64,000 nucleotides of DNA from Gekko japonicus (GCF_001447785.1 NW_015176486.1:91862-155861); one strand, 5' to 3'; counted from the first letter of the stretch, positions 31,199 through 44,195 are shown. Notes: generated by a model not told the origin, from the sequence alone. Program-made: numbers and translations.

Positions 31199-32650
31199 GA
31201 GCAAGCAGCATTTTCCAAATGGAGATAAGCAGGTATTACGGGAGTAATGGATTTACTAAACAAAGGTCAACCTCTCACTAAAGCAGAATTGGAGACAAAG
31301 ATAGGAGGAAAAAAAAACACCTTGGTTTAGAACCTTCCAAAATGATAAAAACTTTACAAAATAAGAAAATCTTTACCTGACCACCAACAGCCTTGAAAAT
31401 CTTCTAGAGTCAGAAAGGAGAGATTAAAGGTTGTATTGCTTATATTTATAAATTACTTAGTAAAGGTAAAGGTTCCCTTGCTCGAAAGCCAGTCGAGTCC
31501 GACTCTAGCATTGCGGTGCTCATCTCCGTTTCCAAGCCGAAGAGCCACCGCTGTCTGAAGACGTTTCCGTGGTCATGTGGCCAGCATGACTAAACACCAA
31601 GGCGCACGGAACGCTGTTACCTTCCCACCGAAGTGGTCCCTATTTATCTACTTGCAATTTCTTGCTTTCGAACTGCTAGGCTGGCAGGAGCTGGAACTAG
31701 AGATGGAAGCTCACTCCATCATGCGGCACCCGGGTCTTGAACTGCTGAACTACTGACCTTCCACAGCCTGCAGTTCAGCGTCTTAACCACTTGAGCCACC
31801 GCAGCTCCCATAAGTTACTTATCTCCCTGGTAAAAGAGGATAAGCTTAAATTTCAGGCATTATGGCAGATGGATTGTCAAAACAGAATACAAGAAGAGGA
31901 TTGGTTAAGACTTTGGGGATCCCCAAGCAATACCTCTAAGATTTTTAGCTTACGATTTAATTCTTTTAAAATTATACACAGATGGCATTTGCCGCCAATT
32001 AGACTACATCTTATATATATCTCAATCAGTAAAAAATGTTCGAAAAACTGTGGCCAGGATGGAGACTTCTTGCATTGCTCGTGGAACTGCCCAGTCATCA
32101 AAGAATTTTGGAATTTAATCCTGGTACAAATTCGGAATATCACAGGAGATAACTTACCAGCTACACTGGAGATGGTCCTGCTGTGTAACTGGTTGGGCCC
32201 TATGGAAAACAAAGGCAAAATAAATTTCCACTCTATCTTAGCAATAGCCAGAATCGCAATCACGATAAGATGGAGAGATAAAATTGGACCCTCTCTATAT
32301 TTGCAGCAAAATAAACTATAGGAGCATTTTATTTATGGTAAAATTACCAGTCAATCCTTACTTGGAAAGCAACCCAAAAGCATTTCAAGCTATCTGGTTC
32401 CCAGTAGTAGAATACTTGGCTAGGGAGAAAGAAGGTAGGGCCAAAGAATTTGTATTATAGTGACCTGTGACTCTCTTTAGGTTGTCTGATTATTAGAACA
32501 GACTGGCGGTGTTAATGATACTTGAATGTAAGGGCTTGCTTTGAATGTACAAGTAATTGTTAATCTTGAGAAGCTCTTATTAGTATTCTGAATGTTGATA
32601 GTGGTATAAAAAATGATGTCAAATAAAGACTTTAAAAAAAAAAAAAAAAA
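31199..32650 (+). mobile_element. L1/Tx1-type LINE 3' remnant
   Basis: Decayed ORF2 C-terminus (FKIIHRWHLPP..L...CSKNC...DFLHCSWNCPVIKEFW), AATAAA at ~32621 and poly(A) 32633-32650; interrupted by a SINE. Confidence 0.85.
31460..31809 (-). mobile_element. Near full-length Sauria-type SINE nested in the L1
   Basis: (AAAGGT)n tail, tRNA-like head at the right end, 12-bp TSD ataaattactta / ataagttactta. Confidence 0.85.
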
Positions 32651-32654
32651 GAAC

Positions 32655-33250
32655 CCCGTCCCCAACACAGCCTCAATTTGGGCGCCGCTGCTGCGAGGCT
32701 GGTCCTTTAAGGGGAGAGGACACGCCCGCAACAAACGTGTCGATGTCATCCCCATGTGCCCGGAAGTGTCGCGGGCTGCAACAGGGCAGCCCTCCTCGGG
32801 AGTAAGCCAGTGCTTTGGATCGCGGCCTCTACAGCTGGGGCAGGTAAGGGGAGGAAGGGATGGCGTTGCATCTGCGAAGGAAGGGGCCGGGTTCTTTTAG
32901 GCAAAAGCCGCCCAATGGCAAACTTCTCTGTGTGTGTCGGTGGGGAGGGGGGGATATTCGGGGAAAGATGCATTGCCTCCCCTCCAACTCCAGATGCGGA
33001 GATTCCTGGAGACTTTTTTTTTTTTGAGGGGGGGAGGTTGAACATGCAAAGAGTAGGATTTGGGGGAGGGCGGGACCTCGGCGGGATATATATAATGCAC
33101 AGAAGGCCACCTGTCGAAAGTGCCGCTTCCCCCAGGGGAGCTGATCTGTGTAGTTCCGGGACATCTGCAAGACCCACGTGGAGGCTGGGAATCCGAACTG
33201 AAGCCCGGTGCGCTCCGAAGTGCCATGTGCAAGCCCAGTTTGGCGGCCTC
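32655..33250 (+). promoter_or_regulatory. CDPF1: CpG island promoter and non-coding first exon of CDPF1 (donor at 32843/32844)
   Basis: CpG-rich, ETS motif ccggaagtg at ~32760, strong donor cag|gtaagg; only promoter-like island upstream of the CDPF1 coding exons. Confidence 0.65.
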
Positions 33251-33404
33251 CGAACTATTAAGGCTTTTCAGTCACGACTCCTAATCTGCTGGGGGGCTGG
33301 CTGGGCTTTGCTTGTGGCTGGGGAGCCCTGCGGGGCGGGCACAAAAGAAGCCTCTTTTCCTGGCCACGGTTCTCGTCCCCAGCTTTACGGTTGCCTCCTG
33401 CATG

Positions 33405-33601
33405 GAGTTGCCAGCCTCCGGGAGATGGGGGTGGAGATCTCCCGGAATTACCACAGACTGCAGAGATCAGTTCCCCCGGAGGAAATGGCAGCTTTGGAGG
33501 GCGGACTCTGTGGCGCATCATAATCTTGCCGAGCTTCCTTCCCTCCCCCAGGCTCCACCCCCAAATCTCCAGGAATTTCCGAACGTGGACTTGGCAACCC
33601 A
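33405..33601. mobile_element. hAT-like MITE (gggttgcca...tggcaaccc family)
   Basis: gagttgccagcctcc...gagatcagttccccc...cccccaaatctccagg...ttggcaaccc; further copies at ~42727-42931, ~52909-53083, ~62834-63035. Confidence 0.7.
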
Positions 33602-33949
33602 ACGTGAGTCCCACAGCAGGGTCGTCTATGAAGCCTGGGGCCATGTCAGAGGCTGCCAGGTGTCTGTGGCTCTCTGGAGAGCATGAACTGCTGCAGTCTC
33701 CCTGAGGTCCATGCCACCTTTTTTGGTAGGAGATGTGCTTGGGCTGGTTCTGCATTCCAGCCAGCCAGCTTTGGATTTGAGAGAGATCTCCTGGCGGGTG
33801 CCGTGGGGCCCCTCCAGGAGTGGTGCTGGGGCCATTGTCAACGACTTGACTTACTCAGTGACGAATGAGAACCGGGTGCGTCTTTGTGCATGGCAGTGAA
33901 TGGGTGGGGATGGAGAAATCCATTGTAGACTATAAATGTACTTAATTCA

Positions 33950-34172
33950 TTCATTTGTATCCCGCCTCCCCCCCCCGGGGGCACTCAAAGTGGCATACAT
34001 CGTTCTCCTCCTCTCCATTTTATCCTCACAACGACCCTGTGAGGTAGGTTAGGCTGGGAGAGTGTAACTGGCCCAAGGTCACCCAGCAAGCTTCCACGGC
34101 ATGACGGGGGATTCGAACTTGGGTTTCCCAGAAACTATTCCAACGCTCTTAACCACTACACCACACTGGCTC
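33950..34172 (-). mobile_element. Squam3/MIR-like SINE
   Basis: tatcctcacaacgaccctgtgaggtaggtt...cccaaggtcacccagc...ttaaccactacaccacactggc. Confidence 0.8.
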
Positions 34173-34774
34173 TCAGAAGAATCTCTTCAGGTGCAATAAA
34201 ATGGCTCATGAGCTTCAGTGGAAGTGATGCAAGCTGGGACCCCACACAGATGTTGATGGGGTCTGAATTGGCTGGAGTGGATTTCAGGGTTGTGGTGGAT
34301 GGTGTTCAAGGGCCTCACTTGTGTGACCACAGTGACAACGGGGGAGTTTGGAATGATTAGGGAAGGGACTCAAAATGGCACCTGAAGTCTCAGTGATAAA
34401 TGTGGGCTATACGTGAGGTAAATAACTAATGCCTGCCTGCCTACCATTTCTGGGCAGCTGACTTGGGACAGCACTTGAGTTTATCATAGTACATGGGAAA
34501 GGTATAAAAGAGAACAGTTGAACTGATCGGGAGGCTGATGCAACTTTCCAGTGAGGAAAATGCTCACCCGTCTGGATCTTCTTAATTGAAAAAAAAAAAG
34601 GCAGAGATGACCCATCTGCATATGGAGAGAGGTTTCTTCCTGCAGCTTTCCTAAAGTGGTTCCAGGACAGAGAACAGATCGGGTTGTGTGATCCCCCAGG
34701 CCAAGCACTGTCAGCATGTGGGCTGCCACATTCGTGAACAGCACCATCTTAGAGGCTTTTGACGTACCAGCACT

Positions 34775-36103
34775 TAAGAACGTAAGAAGAAGTTCTTAAG
34801 AACACAAGAGAAGCCATGTTGGATCAGGCCAGTGGCCATCCAGTTCAACACTGTGTCAAACACTGGCCAAAACCCAGGTGCCATCAAGAGGTCCACTAGT
34901 GGGGCCAGAACTCCAGAAGCCTCCCCACTGTTGCTCCCCAAGCACCAAGAATACTGAGCATCACTGCCCCGGACAGAGTGTTCCCTCTATACCCTGTGGC
35001 TAATAGCCACTGATGGACCTGTGCTCCATATGTTTACCCAATCCTCTCTTGAAGCTGTCTGCGCTTGTAGTTGCCACCACTTCCTGTGGCAGTTAATTCC
35101 ATATGTTAATCATTCTTTGAGTGAAGAAGTACTTCCTTTTATCCGTTCTAACCCAACTGCTTATTAATTTCATTGAGCGCCCACGAGTTCTTGTATTGTG
35201 AGAAAGGGAGAAAAGTACCTCTTTCTCTGCCATCTCTGTCCTGTGCATAATAAAGCTCTGTCATGTCACCCCTCAGCTGTCGATTCTCCAAGCTAAAGAG
35301 CCCTAGCCTCTTTAACCTTTCTTCATAGAGAAGGTGTTCCGTCCCCTTAGGCATTTTAGTTGCCCTTTTCTGCACTTCTTCCAATGCTAGAAATATCTTT
35401 TTTGCGGTGTGGTGTACAGAACTGTACAGTCTTCCAAATGAGGCTGCACCATAGATTTATACAGGGGCATTACGATACTGGCTGATTTGTTTTCAGTCCC
35501 CTTCCTAATAATCCACAGCACAGCATTTACCTTTTTTTATTGCAGTCACACACTGAGTTGACATTTTCAGTGAGTTATCTATCATGACTCCAAGATCTCT
35601 CTCCTGGTCAGCTACTGCCAGTTCGGACCCAACAACCTATATTTATAGTTAGGATTTTTGGCTCCAATGTGCATGACTTTACGCTTCCCCATGTTGAACC
35701 TTGTTGGGTGTTACAAGTCAAAACACTTCAGTATTTACAAGGTTAATGATGTTTGTTAAGTCACATGTTTGTTTGTAACCAATCTGTTTAGACAACAGAA
35801 TGCCCGGGAACTTTGGAGCTAATTTGCTAGTCTGATTGGAAACCAAGGTGTCAAGTATTCAGCATATTGGTTTCTCCTCCCATTCTTTGTTCTGGCCAGA
35901 GAAGGAGACGCCATTCTGCTCTTCCCGTTTTATCTTTAGCTGTAAGGATGTAGCCATATTAGCTCTTTGTTATTTTCATACCCTGTGTACCTTTTCCCCA
36001 TGTTAGGTTTATAGTAATACACACCATGGACTCAGTCTCTTAATACTCTGCTGACTTACTTAAAAAGAATCCCAACAAACCTCATTTGCCACATTGATGC
36101 CAC
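34775..36103 (-). mobile_element. CR1 LINE 3' fragment, interrupted by a solo LTR
   Basis: taagaac tail, ORF2 C-terminal remnant ([10 protein letters not shown]...[21 protein letters not shown]). Confidence 0.9.
35702..36077. mobile_element. Solo LTR (Copia- or Gypsy-type) nested in CR1
   Basis: Termini TGTTGGG / CCCAACA, perfect 5-bp TSD AACCT (35697-35701, 36078-36082); CR1 sequence resumes after it. Confidence 0.85.
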
Positions 36104-36228
36104 TTTCACAAGGGGTTTAAGAGAGGATGGGGAGTGTGTGTTATTCTTTAGCCTACACTGTCCTGCTCCTGCTACGTTGCCCTCAGTGCTCTGCTGGGCC
36201 TTCGTTTGGCCTGAAAGAATGACATTGT

Positions 36229-36369
36229 GGCTGTGGTCACAAATGCTAAATAATCAGCTTTCAGTGCACTTTCCAACTGGATTTTTACTGTGTGAACTGG
36301 CAAAATCCAGTTGGAAAGTGCACTGAAAGTGCATTGAAAGTGGATTATTTCGTGTGTGTGACTGCAGCC
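36229..36369. mobile_element. Short palindromic PIF/Harbinger-like MITE
   Basis: TIR ggctgtggtcaca / tgtgactgcagcc; internal perfect 28-bp inverted repeat 36258-36285 / 36302-36329. Confidence 0.75.
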
Positions 36370-36854
36370 ATAGAAAAAATCAGTGGAATCAGAATTCCGT
36401 GATCTGTAATTCCCCAGAACGCTCTTTGCCATTCTCATAACATTGCTGTTGCTTTTCTCGGGGAAGAAAATCTGGCAACTCAAGCATTTCCAAGTTTGCC
36501 CTCTAGTGGGCAGCAGTGTTTATAAATCTGCTAGGCCCTTTCCTTACAGTCAAGGTCTATCATGGGCCTGGTGCCTGCTGGTGGCTGGGATCTTGCAAAG
36601 ATGGTTTGATTAGGCCGACTTCCATCTGTGCATGTGTGCTTTGTACATTTAAACACAGTAGGGACTACAGAAATTCCAATAAAAAGAGGAGGGGGAATAG
36701 AACACACACAGCCCGGCTATATTAGACTAAGATTTAGAATTCTAGTTGTGCTCTGGAGTATCATAATAAATGCCCTTTTGCTTGGAACTGATTGGATGTA
36801 TTGTATGTTTCAGATTTCTCTGGGTCCATCCTTCCTTCCTTCCTTCCTCTTTTT

Positions 36855-37761
36855 GCTGCATTCACACGGGCAATTTGATCCATTCCCCTTGCTGTTCCCT
36901 TAATGGATTTAAAGTGCATGATCAGTGAGCAACATCTGTCTGTCGTGCCTGAGTCGTCTGAGTTCCATCCCCCCCTCCCATTGCCCCGTCATTCTTTGAT
37001 ACCTGATAAAGTCTGGTCCCGTTGGTCTGAGCCGCTTCCAAAATGGATTTCCTGTCGTCTAGTCACTCTGTTGCGCAGCCAAGCAGTCAGGCAGGTCTCC
37101 CTGAGCACTTGCTTTCTGGCTGCCATTCCCCCCCCCCCCCCCCAGTTAGCGAGGATCGCATGACTGTCTATATGTCCCCCCCCCCCGGGGGGGGGGGCTG
37201 CTCAAAACCTTGTTTTCGTTTGAAAAACTCTCAAAGAAATACAACCCTTTTCCTGCAGCTTTTTAATATCGTTTGGGGACGGGGTAAATGGAAAAGATTA
37301 GAGGGAGGACGGCAGTGGACTCCATTTCCCAGCAGTCTCTTCACCACTTGTGCAATTGCTCTGTGGACTTAATTTTAAAAGAAAATGGCCGACAGCCCCA
37401 TGAACACCATATCCCAGCATACTGAGTGCTTCTGGGCATGCTCCTAAGAGCAGACTTCTAAAAAAATGGTTGACAGGCTGACTCCCTGGTTTCTGCCGTC
37501 TGGTCATGCAAAGAGGGATAAAACGGCATTGAAGTGTGCTAAAGCGCATGCGTGCATGTGCGCATATGTGCACATGCGCATGCACAAATATATATTTTTT
37601 AATGTGCTGCGCTGCCACTTGGGCAGCGCAGCTGTCTGGACAGTCGCACAAAGCAAGCGGTTGGGCAAGGGATGTGTGATCATCTGAACCCACTTAAAAA
37701 TATCCCTGATCAAATCTACAGCAGGAACAAATCGCAGTAGGCTTGCCGTGTGACCACAGCC
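36855..37761. mobile_element. PIF/Harbinger-like non-autonomous element
   Basis: Ends gctgcattcacacgggcaa / ttgccgtgtgaccacagcc; subterminal atttgatc / gatcaaat. Confidence 0.5.
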
Positions 37762-38700
37762 TGTTACAGGACTCTTAATTTTATTCTGCTGCTACGGACT
37801 AGCACAGCTTCCCACCTGAAACAAAAGTTGCCCAGTATGTGAGCTGAGCTTCTAAGCTGAGTGCAGCTTCCTTTTGGCAACAAACACCATTCAGTGTACT
37901 GAATATTCTGTTGACCTAAATATCAGAATGACGATACAAGAACACCCTGCAGGGGGGAAAAAAGCCCAACAAGTGCCAGTACAGATTTAATTTGGGAAGA
38001 TTGAAGGTGCGTCCATGGAAGATCGCAAGATGATACCATCTCAGCCTGTGCTTTAGACTTGTCTGTACAGAGGACGCTTGTTTATCCTTTCCTCACATGC
38101 AAACCAATTAACTAATCATGCGCGTCTGTGGAGAATAGAAGCCTGCGTCAAGATAAGCACTGTGCAGACTTGTGTAAGAGGCAAAGAAAATCCAGGTAAC
38201 TCACTTTGCCCCTTTGCTCTGCTACCTGATCCACTTGGCTCTGGAATGGTGGTGTGCGTTTCTGGAGTGCGTTCAGTTCCAAAGATGCATCTGGGCAGAA
38301 AGAGCTTAGCGGTTCAAGAGGAAGTGTGAAGAGGCTTCCAGTCGTCCTCTCCCTCCCCTAAAGCTTATTCACTTTAATCTGTGTGTGGATTCTCCCCGTG
38401 TGATAGAAGAGTGGCCCTGCTCACCACCCTCCGTGGTTTTTGTAAGGTCACGAGTCGGGGGGGCGGGGCATGGGAAGTTTGATTTGTGTGATGCTTTCTG
38501 CTTGATCTTTCATCCTTGAATAAATTGGGCCTAAGTCAGAAGCATCAGTATTGCATGTGTGAGGGGCTATGTGCACGCCCATTCCTTCACTGCGGGGGAA
38601 GTGAGCCTCAGTTGGGTGACTGGTCACATGTGATAGTCTGCAGAACTCCATATGGTAGAGCTGATCGGGACCATCCTGACTGTGACATATTGCCAGATGT

Positions 38701-39237
38701 GGGCCCCGGTCACGCAGGCCAGATAACGCGCGGGGGGGGGGAGGCGTGGCTGTTCGCCCCGGAGCAAAATAAAGCATGGTAGCCCGATCACACGGTCCCC
38801 CGAGTCTCCGTGCTTAGGCTGTTAGCTGGCGATCACGTGGCGATGCTGCAGCGTGGCAAAGAAGCGGTGTGGCACGATCACACAAGCGTTTCGCATTTGT
38901 GCGCATGCGCAGTTCCGCGGAGCAGCACTGCTTTCAGTTTCATGTTTGCGTGCATGCGCTTATGAAAAACATCCGGTTTGCGACGGGACGTGGACAGGCG
39001 CTGGATGCCACAGGATACCAGCGCTCCCGTGATCAGAGGCCCGCCTGTGATCAGAGGCACGTTTTCCAGATACTAGTGCACTTTCCTTGGTACTTTTTAA
39101 CTCAGCATCTTCGGCAGGACGCCACGGGTTGGCCATGGGTGCGCTACGCTTCCCAGATGTTGCGGTGTGATCGTGCCCCGAAAATCCGCCCGACATTAGT
39201 GCTTTTCGCGTGGCAAAATCTCCGTGTGACCAGGGCC
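38701..39237. mobile_element. CpG-rich PIF/Harbinger-like MITE
   Basis: Ends ggccccggtcacgc / ccgtgtgaccagggcc; repeated gatcacac / gtgtgatc motifs. Confidence 0.6.
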
Positions 39238-39786
39238 GTGGTTGACTTGCTTTGGAATTTCATTCAGAAACATGGCAAGAGCTAGTGTGCAAAGGCTTCC
39301 CTTCTGATTTTTTTTTCCCTTAAGAGTTTCCTAGGTTAGAATTTTTTCCTCCCTGGAGAGACTTTAATTCAAGAGAGTGTTTGTGCACGGCAGAGTACCC
39401 CGCTCTGAACTCACAGGTGGAATTAGGTAAAATCTTACCTGAGTGGCTTAGCTGAGGTTCATCCCATTGGAAACATGAAAATAACTCTTGAAGGCAGGCA
39501 AATGTTAACGATTACCGAATGAAGGATTCAAAATGCTTTGAACTCTCACCTGTGCTTCCAAGATGCTCTGACTAGGTACACTCATGCCCCTCTCCCTCTT
39601 GCTTACTAACCAAGATACTTGCCACATGAGTTCCACAGATTTGAGTATGATCATAAGAATGCCATTTTGACTCCACTCTGGCTTCTTTGATGTGCTGGGA
39701 AATTAGCTCCCATGTTGAGCAGATCTTGAATCAGGGGTGTCTTTCTTGGATAAGAATAAGGGGTGGGTTATGTGAGTATGAATTTA

Positions 39787-40018
39787 GAAGAGAAGAAGAA
39801 GAGATTGGATTTATACCCCGCCCTTCACTTGGAGTCTCAGAGCGGCTTACAATCTCCTTGCCCTTCCCCTCCCCACAACAGACACCCCTTTTAAGAACAG
39901 CTCTGACAGAACTATGGCTTACCCAAGATCACCCAGCGGCTGCAAGTGGAGGAGTGGGGAATCAAACCCGGTTCTCCCAGATTAGAGTCCGGCCACTTAA
40001 CCACGACACCAAACTGGC
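39787..40018 (-). mobile_element. Squam3-type SINE
   Basis: gaagaagaagagattggatttataccccgccc...cttaaccacgacacc. Confidence 0.85.
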
Positions 40019-40139
40019 CCTCGATTTAGCATTCGATTCCCGTGGCCCAGTACACCTCTGCTGGATTAGACCCTCGCAGTGCTTCCTTCTCCCATCTTCC
40101 CATAAATTGGTTTTCTTTTTGCACTTGCAGCATTCTAAG

Positions 40140-40252
40140 ATGGAGTCCAGCAAAGAGCCTCCTCTTCAGGGCACCTTTGAATGTGAGCTCTGTGGATTAC
40201 GTGTCCCGTACAGCTACTATGGGCAGAAACCTCCAAATACCTACTCTGTTAC
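40140..40252 (+). CDS. CDPF1: CDPF1 coding exon 1 (exon starts at 40131)
   Basis: ttttctttttgcacttgcag|cattctaagATG; MESSKEPPLQGTFECELCGLRVPYSYYGQKPPNTYSV + AC|gtaagt. Confidence 0.93.
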
Positions 40253-40965
40253 GTAAGTATATCCCACGGGTCTCGGACCATTTGTTACTGGTGGCGTTTT
40301 GTGTGGCGATAGGTGCATCTCTGCCACAGCAAGTAACGGCAGTGACTGAAAAAGTCAGCAGGGGTGGGTGTGCCTGCACGCACGCACACACACACGTGTC
40401 CTCACTTACCCTTTCCTCCTGCAGCCTCTCCAGTGGATTTTTTTTCATTCTTCCAAGAACCTCTCAGCCCTCAGGGGAGTCCCAGGATCCCACCAGCGCC
40501 CCTAGAACTGCCTCCCCCCCCCCCAGTTTCTGTAGCAGAGCAGCATCTGTCTTCTCTCTGCTCTTGGCACCCAAGATACTAAAGGCCTCTCATTTGGTGG
40601 GGTGGGGGGGAGAGGAGAGCAGGCAGGCAGCAGGGACTAGTAAACCGGGATTGGGAGGGGAAGAGGAAAAGGCAGGCATGATTTCAAAATGCGTCGCAGG
40701 TTATCAGTCTACTGTATTTACCCCATAGGAAGCTGACCCTGAATATTCTGTTTTTATTATGTAAATCTGCACTCAGCAGATTATTATGGGTTGGGACCGA
40801 GCTCTTTGCACGTCCCTCTCCCCCAGGGACAGGTCAGGGTTGCCAAGCCTGCAGCCCTAAACTTAGTCCCTTTTAATTGTTGGTTACTGGTTTGTTGTGA
40901 GCATGAATTTGTTTCAAATGGAGTGTGGTGACCTGAATTTCAAGCCTGGCACGCTTCTTCCCCAG

Positions 40966-41077
40966 CCTCCTGGAGGACAGCTATGTCATGAGAGATCCGT
41001 TCACCCCTGAGAAGGACAAATTCCTTATCCTTGGATCGGAGTGCAGTTTGTGTAGCAAGCGCGTGTGCGTTGGCACA
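40966..41077 (+). CDS. CDPF1: CDPF1 coding exon 2
   Basis: cttcttccccag|C, LLEDSYVMRDPFTPEKDKFLILGSECSLCSKRVCVGT|gtgagt; contains the DPF motif; phases match; not in the ORF track. Confidence 0.95.
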
Positions 41078-43937
41078 GTGAGTAACATGTGACGCTTGGT
41101 CATTTATATCTCTGAAGTGAATTTTGTGCCCGGCGGCTGCAGGGACAGATGAGAGGGCACCCTCCCCCACTTCCTTGGAAGTGGTTCTGCAACCCTTTTT
41201 TTTTTTGTTCTTTGCCACGGTGTAATAAAAACGAAGCCCTTGGCTATCCCGTTTCTCCCAACGACAGCGCAGAATCATTTTTGTCCCCTAGATTGTGTGT
41301 GATTTTTTTTTTGTCCCGCAGACGCCCAGTTGGTCCATTCAGGATTGATCCTTCCTCCTTAATAGTTGGAGTGTTTATGAATATGCCGTGACATCCCATC
41401 AGCTTGGCAGGTGGGGGCGCGTGTGTGTGATGGATAATGTAAATAACAAATGACAACACACACATGTGGCGCTCTCTGGTGTTAGGTGAGCCGCTTGGTC
41501 TTGGTCTGTTATATATCGAATAGCTTTGAATTTAAAATTGCTAATCATAACAAAACTCTGACCTTGTCGCCTGAGCCATGTGGAGCTCTGTATGACACAA
41601 GCCAGTGATCACACACCCCTCGGTTCCAGCCAATCTCTGAGCAAGGAATGTGTCCATCTGTCTCTTGAGGACACCGTGGAAAACTTCCCGGGATCTCGGA
41701 GTCTGGAGCCTATCATGTCTGCTCTGCTGGAACAGAGCCTGGGGTTCCTGTGAACTCAGTTGTAGGAGGCTTTTATGTACCAAGCCCGTTCAGGAGATGG
41801 GCTGTATGTAGGACACGGTGACAGTTTTTCTGGACTATCTCGTCTGAAAATATTGGAGATCTAGTAACTCTTTAGATACTTGGACAGAGAATAGAAGTGG
41901 GCCTTGTTGTTCAAACCCGCCCGTCAGTTCACCTGAGCCCTAAAAGGCTTATCTTCACTATAAACTGATATTACGTCTATATCAGTTTAAGTTCCATGAC
42001 TTCCCCCACAATGCTCCTGGGAACTGCAGCTTGGAGAAGTGCTGTGAATTCTGCGTTGGTTTTTGGCAACCCTGCGCTGAAATTCCCGTTCCTCGGAGAA
42101 CAGGAGTGACTACGAAAGCAGTTTACACTTGTAGGGCGGATGTCCCTCTGGGATGAAGCTGGCTGGCTCCTCGGGATCTCCTCAGCCGAGCCGTTGCTGC
42201 TGAAACTGAGAGGAGAGTGTCCAGGAGCTTAGCGTAAGGCTCATTTCAGTTCACGCAGAGGACAGCAAAGGCAGGCTATTCCCAAGTGGAAGCTCTTTCT
42301 TCCTTTGGAGAAGTTGCCAGAAGTTGCCCTACTTTGCTTCTGTTCTGATATGGAGGCTCGTGGGTTGCTTGTTTGTGCGGTGTTACCACAGACACGAAAA
42401 GGCTCTGCATCTTGCGTCATGACAGAGAGTCCCAGTTTGGACTGGTTTTCCCAGCTTGCGCATCTTTCATCACATCATGTGGCATTTTCTGGGCAAAGGG
42501 TGTGCCCACGAAGCACAATTCGTAACTCTTTGCTTTCCCCCACCAGTCCCTCTGGCCACCGAGCCCTTTTAAGAGCAGACAGGCAAAAGACCCTGCCGCA
42601 TCCAGGCTTACAGGCTGAGTCTTGCTGGATCAGACCCGGGGGGGGGGTCGGTCCCTCTTGTCCCGGTTCAACAGTGGCCCAACCTGTGCCTCTGGGAAGG
42701 TCATAAGCAGGGCAAGAACAGCAGCTAGACTTGCTGGCGTTGGGTCGGGAAATACCTGGAGATTTGGGGGGTGGAGCCTGAGGAAGGTGGGGGTTTGAGG
42801 AGGGGAGGGACTTCATATAATGCTCTAGAGTCCAACTTCCAAAACAGCCATTTTCTCCGAGTGAACTGATCTCTGTCTCCTGGAGATCATGTGTAATCCC
42901 AAGGGATCTCCACCTGGAGGATCGCAACCCCAACAGCAGCCCACATGTTGGGAGTCTGCTGCCTGTGAACTTGGAGGGGGGGGTCCATTTAGCACTCATC
43001 GTGGCTGACAGCCCTTTTCTCTGGGAATGTCTCCCCATCCATCCCTTGAGCTCAAAGGCAGAATCTACCAAGCCAGCGTGAACAAATCCAGCTCCACCTG
43101 AAGTCTCTTCTGGCTTCTCCTGTCACCGAGGTGATCTGAGGTGGGCCAGTAGCCGGGATCCTGCCCCTCAGGTGGGGGATTCAGACTCGGCTGGGAACCT
43201 TCTTCCTGAGAAGCATCCTGCATCGTGTTCCATGGTTCTTAAGCGTATCAGGAGGTGCTGAAATAGAAACAATAAAATTGTCTTTGGCCGACCTCAAGAA
43301 CCCTGTTGAAAACTGCTGAGAAGCGAGATAACCGCCTGAACGCAGAGTCCAGACAGCTGGAGTGGTTGGTAGTCAGGCAGATGCCAGGTTGCTCAATCTC
43401 CCGTCTCTGTCGGAAGCATCATGTTTAGAGCACCAGGCGAGGCTAGAGCAGGCCATGAAAGAGGCTATCAGGCCTGTGTGGGATGACAGGCAAGGCCAAG
43501 GCTGGGGCTGTGGGGTGCAAATAATCCCCCCCCCCATGAGCCCAGAAATCTGTAGCTTGAAGGGGAACAGAAACCTTGCAACCAGCATTCAGCACCTAGG
43601 GCTGGCTCCAGGCTAGATTGTCCATCAGTGAAACGGGGCTTTCCCACCTCTCCCCCCCCCACACACAACCCCCCAATCTCCACATCTTGGGGCTCCTGGG
43701 GGTTTGCACAAGGGGTTTGCAGCTGGAATGGTAGAAATTGTCAATTTAATCTGGATCTGACCTATCAATTCCACTGGTGGAGGGGAAGACCCTCTCTGGC
43801 TCCACGTCTCAGTTTTTTTTGAGGAGGGACAAGTCAAAACATTCAATTCCCCCCCCCCCTCCGGTTGTTGGGGCAGCAGACGGAAGAAGCTGGACCCTTT
43901 TAAAGAAGTTACAAGGTCACAATGCGGCTCTGACTAC

Positions 43938-44195
43938 TCAGTTTGGTGTGGTGGTTAAGAGTGCAGACTCTAATTTAGGAGAACCAGGTTTGATTCCCCG
44001 TTCCTCCACATGCAGCTGCTGGGTGACCTTTCAGAGCTGTTCTCTCAAGGGCAGTTCTCAAGAGAGCTCTCTCAGTCCCAACTGCCTCACAGGGTGTCTG
44101 TTGTGGGGAGGGGAAGGGGAAGGAGATTTTAAGCCGCTCTGAGACTCCTTCAGGTAGTGATGGGCGGGGTATAAATCCAGTCTCCTCCTCCTCCA
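43938..44195 (+). mobile_element. Squam3-type SINE
   Basis: cagtttggtgtggtggttaagagtgcagactctaat...ggggtataaatccagtctcctcctcc. Confidence 0.85.

Noticed and set aside
31791-32321. 176-aa ORF as a host gene
   Set aside because: L1-type ORF2 remnant whose start lies inside a SINE
32756-33523. 255-aa ORF over the CDPF1 promoter
   Set aside because: GTG start, runs through a splice donor and a MITE, no domain similarity
39687-40139. Long N-terminal extension of CDPF1 in the ORF track
   Set aside because: Translates a SINE and intron; a strong acceptor at 40130 precedes the real ATG
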